A stretch of DNA of 64,000 nucleotides from Acidobacteriota bacterium (lineage in GTDB: Bacteria > Acidobacteriota > JAAYUB01). The notes beneath the pieces are model-generated. The model saw only the letters and a program-made list of their open reading frames with translations. It had not been told where the DNA came from and did no database searches. The translations under genes were made by a program, and so were the position numbers. The stretch covers positions 1,713-65,712 of the forward strand of contig JAFGRT010000145.1 in NCBI GenBank assembly GCA_016935015.1, given 5' to 3'. Positions 31,122 to 39,669 of the stretch are shown in pieces (positions within the stretch are counted from its first letter, which is position 1; each line of letters starts with the position of its first letter).

Positions 31122-31438
31122 GGGGATACCTCCTCCAGCAATTCCGCCGCCCGCAATTGGTGGATGAACTCGCCGAGGTCGGCCTGGGCCTGGGCCGGCG
31201 ACACGTCGAAACGGTGCAGCAGCGCGGCGTGCAGCTGGGCCAGATCACGGCGGCCGTCCAGCTGCTCCCAGATGAACCGCCCCACCTCGTTCACGGCAAA
31301 AATCTGCTGCAGGTCGGCCAGGCGTCCCTTGACGGGCACCAGCAGAAACTCCCCGGCGACTTCCCGGGTGACCACATGGTCGATCTGGCGAAACACCATG
31401 TGGGAATGCTCCAGGTAGTGGTTTGGCTGTTCGGTCAT
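31118..31438 (-). CDS. PqqD-family RiPP recognition element (RRE)
   Basis: REVAGEFLLVP, NEVGRFIWEQLDG, FDV...AQADLGEFIHQL. Confidence 0.92.
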   Translation of the reverse strand: MTEQPNHYLEHSHMVFRQIDHVVTREVAGEFLLVPVKGRLADLQQIFAVNEVGRFIWEQLDGRRDLAQLHAALLHRFDVSPAQAQADLGEFIHQLRAAELLEEVSP

Positions 31439-31445
31439 ACTTGGG

Positions 31446-34400
31446 CTACTGAATCATCAGCGCCGGATCTCCCAAAAGGTTGTAAATGAGCATCATCTCC
31501 CGCGTACCGTCGGCGGCGGCGAATGCCGCCAGCATCCGCTGCAGGGCATCGCCCAGCACCGGCACATGTTCCTGATAGATGGCCCGAATCAGCTCCCGAT
31601 TCATGGCCAGGGCGTCGGGATGCCGGGACAAACCGCTGGGCGACCAGACGGCCACCGCCCCGCCCTGGGGCTGAAGCACCAGAACTTCGCCCAGGGTCCG
31701 GTAACCGGGGATGGCGAACTGGCCGAGGACACAGGTGAAAGCGGCCAGCACCGGCGGGCGGTCGTCATTGCCGAGCTGCGCCACGTCCACCGAGCGCAGC
31801 AGGCCTTCCTGAGCCAGTCGGTCCACGGCGGCGTGGCCCAGGTAGTTCACGAAACCGACGCCGGCGCGCAGGTTGTGGGCGGTCAGCTGCCGGGCCGTGA
31901 CGGCATCCACGTCCTCCAGGGACACATGGGCGATCCGGTGGCCGGCGGGAATGTCATCGGCCAGTGCGTCCGTATCCGCCGGGAAATTGCCGCCGGCATC
32001 CGGATTGTCGGAGAGGAGCAGCACACTGTTCCGCCAGGCATTCTGACCCGCTTCGAAACCGGTCACCTTGGCCAGGTAGTCGGACAGCTCGGCTTCCGTG
32101 ACGGCCGGGATCCGGCCGACGATCATTTCCGGCCGGCCGTCATTGCCGGCCACATCGGCCAGCAGATGATCGGCCGGAAAGAGCCCGTCGGCCGTGCTAA
32201 CCAGGAGGGGCGGCACCAGGTTGTCACCCCGTCCCTGACAATCCTGGTAATCGAAGGTACCCTTCCCCAACAGCAGCACGTAACGCGGCGGCGTCGCCCA
32301 CTCCTGCCAGGCAAAGCCCAGGAACTCCCGCACCGCGTGGGGCGTGGCCAGGCCATGGCCGAATTCGTCCTGAATCTGTTCCAGCTCCACCACGGCCGTC
32401 GTCAGGCCCGTGAAGCGCCGGTATTCGGCGAACGCGGCGGCACCGTCGGCCAGGGCGGCCGGGGTGATCACCAGGTATTCGGCGGGCGCCATTTGGCGAA
32501 GCGCGCCGGCAGCCGGGCGGCCCGCCAGAGCCGGCGGCCGCCGGAAACCGGCCGCCGAGACGGCCAGATACTGGTTCTCGAGAGAGGCGGGTGTAAAACT
32601 GACGCGATGCCCGTCGGCCGCGGCGGTGATAGTGACGCCCCGCAGCCGTCGCGGCGCCGCCGGGCGCGTGACGTCCAGAACGAGAATGGCCGGGTCGGTG
32701 AAACCGCCGACGGTGCAGTGGCCGGCGCCGTGACGCCGCACCAGCATCTCGTCCATCGTGGTCTGTCCGACACGCGTGCAGGTCACATCAAAGGAATCGA
32801 CGTAGAAGACGCTATGGGGCGCGCAGGTATCCAGCAGTCCGCGAACTTCGATTTCATTGGTGCCGTGTTGCAGACAGCTCGAGGCGAACCTCAGCGACAG
32901 CCGGTACGATTCCGTGCCTTGCCAGAAGCCCTCACCCACGACTTCGCCGTTTACCGCCACGCGGACATGGTGTTCACCGGCGCCGCAGTTCGTATCGGAT
33001 ACGCCCTTCAGCTGGACATCCAGAGTCGCCCAGCCGAAGGGGACGATCTCCGGCAGCTCCACGGCGAATGACTTCTTCCCATAGCGCGGGTCGCCGGCCA
33101 CGATGTAGTCCCAGTGCCAGAAGTCGGCCCGGGGATCCCGATAGAAGGCCGGCACCGGAAAGCGGTCTTCCTCAAAATGGAATGTCGCCGTCAGCACGCT
33201 GGCCGCGTTCCCGGCGGCGGGCGCGGCCTCCTCCACGTCCTCCATGGCCAGACCCGTGCCGGGACTGAGCCAGTAGACGTTGTGGGGGGCATAGGGATCG
33301 GCGGCTTCCTGGCTGTAGAAGAGCAGGCCCGCCGGTTCGGCGCTGGGCAGGTACGGTACCGGTTGCCCCTGGCACGTCAGTGCGAATTCCAGATTCTCTA
33401 TCCGGTCCATGACATCGGTCGCCGAAAGGCCCAACCGCTCGGCCATCTCGCCGGTGGTGATGAAACAAAGCCCGGCCGCACCGGTGCTGATCTTCAGCCG
33501 TTCGGCGGGAAGGGCCTTGTCCGTTGACGGACCCGGGCGAGCATTCGGCGCCATCCGACTCGTCGCCGCCACCGCCGGCACGGCGGCCGGTCGGCGCTGG
33601 TAGCCGTAGGCCAGCAGTTCGTCCGCGGCGGCGCCGGGAGCGAATCCCGCCCGCTCCGCCGCGGGGATCCGGATCCGGAACGGGCCATGGATGCGGCGCC
33701 GGCCGTGCGGCTCCATTTCCACCAGCCGGTAGACGTAATCCTGATCCGGTTCGGCCGATTCGTCCACCCAGGCGTAGTCCCCGCCATGGCCGGTCACCAG
33801 CAGGCCGGGAATCAGAGTGTCATTCACCTGTTCCCAGGCACCGTTGACCGGGTCCAGGCGTTGGACCTCGAAGCCGATGGTGCCCACCTCCGAGGCGGTA
33901 GTCCAGCGCACCACGGCCTGGCCGTGCCGAAGGGAGGCGTCAAAGGCCGACACCAGCGCCAGGGTGGGCAGGTCGTCGCCGGCGTTGAGCTGCAGGGGGC
34001 AGAGGGGCCCGAAGGTGAACGTGGCCCGGGCCTGGCTGGTGTTGCCGGTCTCGTCGAGAAAGGTGGCCCGGGTGCCGTTGCTGCCGGAGCCGGTGACGTC
34101 GACGGTCGCCGCGTCGCCGCTGGTGATGGAAACATCATCAATGTACCAGCCGGCCCACTGCCAGCTTTCATCGGTGGTGATGATCCAGCGCCATTGCACG
34201 CTGGCCTGATTGTCGGCATAAGCCGACGCGTCATGCGTGTACTGACTCCAGGCGTTATCAGCCCGCGTCGAATCCGGATTGCGATAAATTGTCGTCCACG
34301 TACCGCTCCCGACGCGCCGCTGGAAGCGGGCGAGGTCATATGTTCGGCGTTCAATTTCCAGCCATTCCCAGTAGGAAATCTGCACCCCGGTCACTCCGGT

Positions 34401-36026
34401 AAAGTCGTAAACAGGAGAATACAGGATCACGCCCGTGTCGATATCGTTCCCGTACAAATCATCGAGATCCGTGCCCCAGCAATCGGTGCCGGTGGCGGTG
34501 TGGTCGTCGTCGGGGCCGCCGTTGCCGAAGCAGTTGGAGGAACAGTTGCCGCCGCTGAGGGGCGAGCGGGTGGCGGGATCGCCCAGTTCCCAGTTGATGG
34601 CCGGCGAGCCGTCGGCGGAGCCGGTGGTCCAGCCGGATGCGCCCGATTCGAAATCGTAGAAATAGCTGATCCCGGGAGGGGTGACATCCACATTGTAGGC
34701 CAGGGTGGGCGTGGTGCCCGCCGCCGCCGTGCCGGGGTTCCAGGTGATGTCGCCCGTCCCGCCCACGCTGGGCTGGCTGACGATGCTCCCCTGGGTCACC
34801 GACGCACTGCCGGCGTAGACGGCGCCCGAACCGGGGACGTTGGCCGTCACCAGGTTGGATGCGGAAAAGGTGATGGCCTGGGCCGAGGGATTGAACACCG
34901 ACACCAGCACCCGCACCCGGGTGGTGCTGCCGCCCACGGGCGGATTGGGGCCGGACACGTGGCTCACCGTCTGGGTGATAAACGGCTTGACGGGCACCCC
35001 GGCGGCATCGGTTTGCAAGTAGATGCGGAACGTATCGGGTTGCGGCTGGCTGCTGGGCGGCGGCGCGGCGCCGCTGGCGTCGGCGGCCAGGTAACTGCCG
35101 ATGTAGATCGTGCCCGAGTTGGGGTTGTTGAGGGTATACGTCAGGTTCCAGAGGCCGTAATCGGCGGCCCATTCGGTGGTGGTCCAGCCGGTGTAGGTGA
35201 CGTTCTGCCAGACGGTGGCGCCGCTGACGGCGTTGGTCTGGGAGAAGCTGCCGGTGCGGCTGGTCATGGTGAAGGAACCGGCGCTGTCGCCGTCGAACTC
35301 GTTGAGATCCACCTCGCAACCCGAGACCACATAGGGATAGAGGAGGTAGGTGATGGTCGTGGTGCCGCCGGTCACGCCCGTCGCGATGTACGATTCGGCA
35401 TAGATGTTCAGCTCAGTGCCGCCGCCGGTGGGATCGCCGTCGTTGGCGCGGATGCCGTAGGCGTTGACGTCGTCGCCGGTGGTCACCGCCGACGACATAT
35501 CCACCTGCAGGCGCCAGTGCCCGGCGGTGGGAGTAGACACGGTGGCCAGATTCAGCCAGGCGTTGTCCGAACCGGCCGGGCCGGTGCTGTTGCCGGTGAT
35601 GACGGCCACCTGGGTGCCGGCGGGGTTGAAGAGGGTATAGGTCGCCGCCGAATCGTAGGTACCGACAGCGACATCATGGTTGGCGCCGAATCCGACGTCG
35701 GCGTCGAAGATGTCCACCTGGAGCTGGGTTAAACCGCCCACCACCTCGATGTAGTAATTGACCGGCGCGTTCAGGCCCGGCGCCGTGGCGCAGCTGACGA
35801 AGTCGCCGTTGGCCAGGGCATAGGCCGAACCATGCTGCATGAACTGGCGGTTGGTGGGCGTGGCCGCGCCGAACACCCACGGCCCGATGCCGATCACGAG
35901 CAGAGCCGCCACCGCGACCGGCCAAAGCCGAACGGCACGGCGCCCGGGCGCCGCCACGGACGAATGAGAGCCGGTATGATGGAAATCCACGGCGAAAGGC
36001 ACAGCCCCGGAGCGAATGGGTCGCAT
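31446..36026 (-). CDS. Giant secreted multidomain protein with C-terminal gingipain (C25) cysteine peptidase domain
   Basis: RBS AGGAGG, signal peptide, beta-rich T/G/S domains (DUF11-like; MAM/immune-inhibitor-like ...WYIDDV), C25 motifs YLVIT, YVLLLG, VGRIP, NYLGH (His), FTC (Cys), YNLLGDP. Confidence 0.88.
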   Translation of the reverse strand: MRPIRSGAVPFAVDFHHTGSHSSVAAPGRRAVRLWPVAVAALLVIGIGPWVFGAATPTNRQFMQHGSAYALANGDFVSCATAPGLNAPVNYYIEVVGGLTQLQVDIFDADVGFGANHDVAVGTYDSAATYTLFNPAGTQVAVITGNSTGPAGSDNAWLNLATVSTPTAGHWRLQVDMSSAVTTGDDVNAYGIRANDGDPTGGGTELNIYAESYIATGVTGGTTTITYLLYPYVVSGCEVDLNEFDGDSAGSFTMTSRTGSFSQTNAVSGATVWQNVTYTGWTTTEWAADYGLWNLTYTLNNPNSGTIYIGSYLAADASGAAPPPSSQPQPDTFRIYLQTDAAGVPVKPFITQTVSHVSGPNPPVGGSTTRVRVLVSVFNPSAQAITFSASNLVTANVPGSGAVYAGSASVTQGSIVSQPSVGGTGDITWNPGTAAAGTTPTLAYNVDVTPPGISYFYDFESGASGWTTGSADGSPAINWELGDPATRSPLSGGNCSSNCFGNGGPDDDHTATGTDCWGTDLDDLYGNDIDTGVILYSPVYDFTGVTGVQISYWEWLEIERRTYDLARFQRRVGSGTWTTIYRNPDSTRADNAWSQYTHDASAYADNQASVQWRWIITTDESWQWAGWYIDDVSITSGDAATVDVTGSGSNGTRATFLDETGNTSQARATFTFGPLCPLQLNAGDDLPTLALVSAFDASLRHGQAVVRWTTASEVGTIGFEVQRLDPVNGAWEQVNDTLIPGLLVTGHGGDYAWVDESAEPDQDYVYRLVEMEPHGRRRIHGPFRIRIPAAERAGFAPGAAADELLAYGYQRRPAAVPAVAATSRMAPNARPGPSTDKALPAERLKISTGAAGLCFITTGEMAERLGLSATDVMDRIENLEFALTCQGQPVPYLPSAEPAGLLFYSQEAADPYAPHNVYWLSPGTGLAMEDVEEAAPAAGNAASVLTATFHFEEDRFPVPAFYRDPRADFWHWDYIVAGDPRYGKKSFAVELPEIVPFGWATLDVQLKGVSDTNCGAGEHHVRVAVNGEVVGEGFWQGTESYRLSLRFASSCLQHGTNEIEVRGLLDTCAPHSVFYVDSFDVTCTRVGQTTMDEMLVRRHGAGHCTVGGFTDPAILVLDVTRPAAPRRLRGVTITAAADGHRVSFTPASLENQYLAVSAAGFRRPPALAGRPAAGALRQMAPAEYLVITPAALADGAAAFAEYRRFTGLTTAVVELEQIQDEFGHGLATPHAVREFLGFAWQEWATPPRYVLLLGKGTFDYQDCQGRGDNLVPPLLVSTADGLFPADHLLADVAGNDGRPEMIVGRIPAVTEAELSDYLAKVTGFEAGQNAWRNSVLLLSDNPDAGGNFPADTDALADDIPAGHRIAHVSLEDVDAVTARQLTAHNLRAGVGFVNYLGHAAVDRLAQEGLLRSVDVAQLGNDDRPPVLAAFTCVLGQFAIPGYRTLGEVLVLQPQGGAVAVWSPSGLSRHPDALAMNRELIRAIYQEHVPVLGDALQRMLAAFAAADGTREMMLIYNLLGDPALMIQ

Positions 36027-36236
36027 CCTATCCTCCTGCGCTACATGTTTTACAGACTATATCGACAGACGGCCTGTTCGACTCACAAATTCATCATTAT
36101 TGTAACATACTAATTCTTATAGCGTAAATAAAGATTTGCGTCCTCCGGACCAGAATACGTGACCCGGGTCACAACTTCAAGTATTTTTCTAACGGACCAT
36201 TTCAGGTTCCCGGCTTCCAGTGCCCGCCGGAAAGAT

Positions 36237-39200
36237 CTATTTCAGCGCCGACAGCACTTCCTTCACCGCCGCCTCCAGCTGCTGGTCGCGGCCGGCCACG
36301 ATGACGCCCGGCGCGTTGGCCACCCGGATATCCGGCTCCAGCTGCTGGTTTTCCAGGTAGCGGCCATGTTCGTCCAGCACCCCCACCTGGGGAATGCCGA
36401 ACACCAGCGACGGATCGATCTGCCGCTCCCACCACACGGCCGTGCCCGTTCCCGGCACCGGCATGCCGACGGTCTGGCCCAGGTTCATCTCCTTGAAGCC
36501 GAAAGGAAAAATATGGGCGTCGGAGTAGTTCCCCTCGCCCATGACCACTACCACCGGGCGGGTCCACTTTTCCTGGGGCTCCACGCCGATCTTCTTGCCC
36601 CGTGGCACGAAGGTCAGGTAGACGTCGCCGCCCAGCAGGGTGCACAGGTCATCGTGCAGCCAGCCGCCGCCGTTGAAGCGGGTGTCCACCACCAGGGCCC
36701 GGCGGTCGGCGTTGCGGCCGAAGATCTCGGAGAACGTGTCCTTGAACGACTGCGGATTCATGCCGCGCACGTGGACATAGCCGATCCGGCCGGCGGAAAG
36801 CTGATCCACCATGCGCCAGCAGTTTTCCGTCCAGCGCTTGTAGAGCAACTGGCCCGCTTCACGGCCCGCCAGCGGCTTGAAGACCACCTCCCGGGTTTGG
36901 GCCGGATCGTTGGCCGCCCCGAAAACCGCCACCATTTTCTGGCCGGCCATGTGGTTCAGGAGCGGGTGATGATTGCCCCCGCCGCCCACGGGCTCGCCGT
37001 TGAGACTCAGCAGGATCTCACCCGGCCGGACCGCCGTTTCACTGGTGCTGAAAGGCCCCTCGGCCAGCACTTCCTTCACTTTCAGTCCGTCCCCCTCGTA
37101 GGCGGGATCGAAGAAGAGGCCCAGCTCGGCCGTGTCGTCGGCCGCCTCGTCCGGCTCCGGCCGGTAGCGGCAGCCGGTGTGGGAGCCGTTGAGCTCGCCC
37201 AGCATCTCGCTGAGCATTTCGGCGAAATCGGCGTTGGTGGTGATGTGGGGCAGGAAGCGGGCGTATTCGGCCTTCATGGTTGGCCAATCCACGCCGTGCA
37301 GATCCTCGACGTAAAACTTTTTGAGGACCTGCCGCCAGGCATGTTCGAAGATATAGGCCCTTTCCTGGGCCGGCCGCAGCGCCATGTCGGCCTGGACGGC
37401 CACCGGTTTGGCCTTGCCCGACTTGGGGTCTACGTTGCGGATCTGGTTGTTGACGCAGACGAAGACGCTCTTGCCGTCCCGGCTGAAGGTCAGGGTGCCG
37501 GGCCGGCGGGCGTTGAGCTCCACCAGGATCTTGGTGGACTTCTTGCGGGTTTCGGTCACCCAGAGGTCATAGCTGCCCCGCGACCGGGCGAAATAGACCA
37601 ACGTTTCGCCGTCGGGCGAAAGGTCGGAGACCATGCCCTGGGACGAGTTGATGGTCAGGCGGCGGATGCGGTCCCGGATACCGTCAAAATCGATCCGGAC
37701 GGGTTCGACGTCCGGTTTCTTTTCCTTGTCCGCCTTTTCCGGCCGGTCACCCGTCGCTTCCTTCGCCGCGTCCCGGTCCTTTTTCTTCTCGGGCTTTTCG
37801 TCGGCGAACTCCGCTTCGGGCTTGGTGTAGAGGTCATGATCGGCCTGGCTCAGATACACAGCGTAGACATCCTCCTGGGCGCCGTGGCCGCCGTGGGAAC
37901 GCAGGCCCTCCATATCCGAGCTGAAGAGCAGTTGCTTGCCGTCGCGGCTCCAGTAGGGCCGCCGGGAACTGTAGCCGTTGTTGGTGATGTTGTGGATTTC
38001 ACCCGACTCCACGTTCACGACACCGATGTCGGTGGTCCAGCGCTGGTGGGACATGTAGGCCACGGCCAGCCAGCGGCTGTCGGGCGACCAGGCATAGCTG
38101 ACATCACCGTCGCTGTAGGAGAAGAGTTTTTCGTCGGGCACCAGGATCCGCGATTCGCCCGATTCCAGGTCCAGCACCTTCAGGATGGTGCGCTCTTCGA
38201 GGTACGCCATTTTCTTGCCGTCGGGCGACACCAGGGGCTGGAAGGTTTCGGCCGGAATGGCCAGCACGGCCTCCTCCCGCAGCAGGGTCGAATTGTAGAA
38301 ATGCTTCTCCTCCTCCCGCTGCAAGATGCACTTATAGATATTCCACGAGCTGTCGCGCTCACCGGCGTAATAGAGGGTCCGGCCGTCGGGCGACCAGCCG
38401 ACGCTACGCTCCTGGACCGGGGTATCGGTAATCCGCCGCGTGTTGGGGAACTCCACCGCCGTGACGAACACCTCGCCGCGGTGGACGAAGGCGATCTCCT
38501 TGCCGTCGGGCGAGACGGCCATGTCGTCTGAGGCCGCCTTCACCACGTCGCGAATCACGGCGTTCATATCGAAATCGTTGCGGATCTCCACAGCGATCTT
38601 TCGCGGCGAACCTTCGTCGACGGCGGTCAGCCAGAGTTCGCCGCGGAAACTGTAGGCGATGGTCCGGCCGTCGGCCGATGCGGTGGCGAACCGGACCGGG
38701 TGCGTCTCGTGACGGGTCACCTGCCGCGGGACACCCTCGGCCATCCGCCACACGTTGAACGAACCGCTCTCCTCCGACAGGTAGAACAGCGTGCCGCCGC
38801 CCCAGAAGGGATCGCGATCCTCGCCGTTGAAGGTGGTGAGCTGGCTGAACGTGCCCGACGGCACATCATAGGCCCAGACATCCCGGGTGACGGAGGACGT
38901 ATGGTGCTTGCGCCAATAATCCTCATAGCCCTTGACGTCCATGTAGGCGATGGTCCGGCCGTCGGCCGACCAGGCCGCCCGGGCCACGGCGTGTTCGAGC
39001 ACCATCTCCGGCATGTGGGCGGCCCGGTCCACTTTATAGAGCTGGGTCATCAGGCCGGAAGGGAAGCCCCGGTAATCGGCCCGTGGGAACCGGTAACTGG
39101 TAAAGAGCACACACTGGCCGTCGGGGGTCCAGCCGGTGACGATGTCATCGGCCGAATGGAACGTCAGGCGCGTGGGGGTACCCCCTTCCACCGGCACGAC

Positions 39201-39479
39201 AAAGACATCGCTATTGCCCAACCGGTCGGTCGAGAAGGCGATGGACCGCCCGTCGGGTGACCAGGCGGGCCAGAAATCCCGGGCGGGATGGCTGGTCAGC
39301 TGGCGGGCGGTGCCGCCCGTCGTCGCGACGATAAACAGGTTCCCCTGGTACTCGAACACCACCTGGGTCCCGTCCGGCGACAACGCCGGATAACGGAGCC
39401 AGAGCGGCTCGTCGGCGGCACCGGCCAGCGCGCAGAGGCACCCGCCGATAATCAGGGTCAGCATCACGTATTTTTTCAT
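36237..39479 (-). CDS. Tricorn-like S41 family protease
   Basis: Signal peptide, PD40/beta-propeller repeats (WSPDG), GELNGSH, PDZ, DTRFNGGG, NYSDA, VPGTGT. Confidence 0.93.
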   Translation of the reverse strand: MKKYVMLTLIIGGCLCALAGAADEPLWLRYPALSPDGTQVVFEYQGNLFIVATTGGTARQLTSHPARDFWPAWSPDGRSIAFSTDRLGNSDVFVVPVEGGTPTRLTFHSADDIVTGWTPDGQCVLFTSYRFPRADYRGFPSGLMTQLYKVDRAAHMPEMVLEHAVARAAWSADGRTIAYMDVKGYEDYWRKHHTSSVTRDVWAYDVPSGTFSQLTTFNGEDRDPFWGGGTLFYLSEESGSFNVWRMAEGVPRQVTRHETHPVRFATASADGRTIAYSFRGELWLTAVDEGSPRKIAVEIRNDFDMNAVIRDVVKAASDDMAVSPDGKEIAFVHRGEVFVTAVEFPNTRRITDTPVQERSVGWSPDGRTLYYAGERDSSWNIYKCILQREEEKHFYNSTLLREEAVLAIPAETFQPLVSPDGKKMAYLEERTILKVLDLESGESRILVPDEKLFSYSDGDVSYAWSPDSRWLAVAYMSHQRWTTDIGVVNVESGEIHNITNNGYSSRRPYWSRDGKQLLFSSDMEGLRSHGGHGAQEDVYAVYLSQADHDLYTKPEAEFADEKPEKKKDRDAAKEATGDRPEKADKEKKPDVEPVRIDFDGIRDRIRRLTINSSQGMVSDLSPDGETLVYFARSRGSYDLWVTETRKKSTKILVELNARRPGTLTFSRDGKSVFVCVNNQIRNVDPKSGKAKPVAVQADMALRPAQERAYIFEHAWRQVLKKFYVEDLHGVDWPTMKAEYARFLPHITTNADFAEMLSEMLGELNGSHTGCRYRPEPDEAADDTAELGLFFDPAYEGDGLKVKEVLAEGPFSTSETAVRPGEILLSLNGEPVGGGGNHHPLLNHMAGQKMVAVFGAANDPAQTREVVFKPLAGREAGQLLYKRWTENCWRMVDQLSAGRIGYVHVRGMNPQSFKDTFSEIFGRNADRRALVVDTRFNGGGWLHDDLCTLLGGDVYLTFVPRGKKIGVEPQEKWTRPVVVVMGEGNYSDAHIFPFGFKEMNLGQTVGMPVPGTGTAVWWERQIDPSLVFGIPQVGVLDEHGRYLENQQLEPDIRVANAPGVIVAGRDQQLEAAVKEVLSALK

Positions 39480-39669
39480 GGCTTACCTCGGGCTGAAGAA
39501 TGCGTAATTTTGGTTAACGGCTTACTATACACGGAGCAAGGCGCGAGTGCAAATGGTTTGCCATCGCCCGGGTGAACATCCATCAAGAGCACGAACTGCC
39601 GGCTGATCGCCCCGCCCCATTGAACCCACGGCCGGCCGTGTGCCGGGCAATCACCGCACCATACCCAGG

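Noticed and set aside
28179-36236. Genomic island integrated at tRNA-Gln carrying the RiPP operon
   Set aside because: No integrase and no duplicated tRNA 3' end was found at the far side; adjacency alone is insufficient
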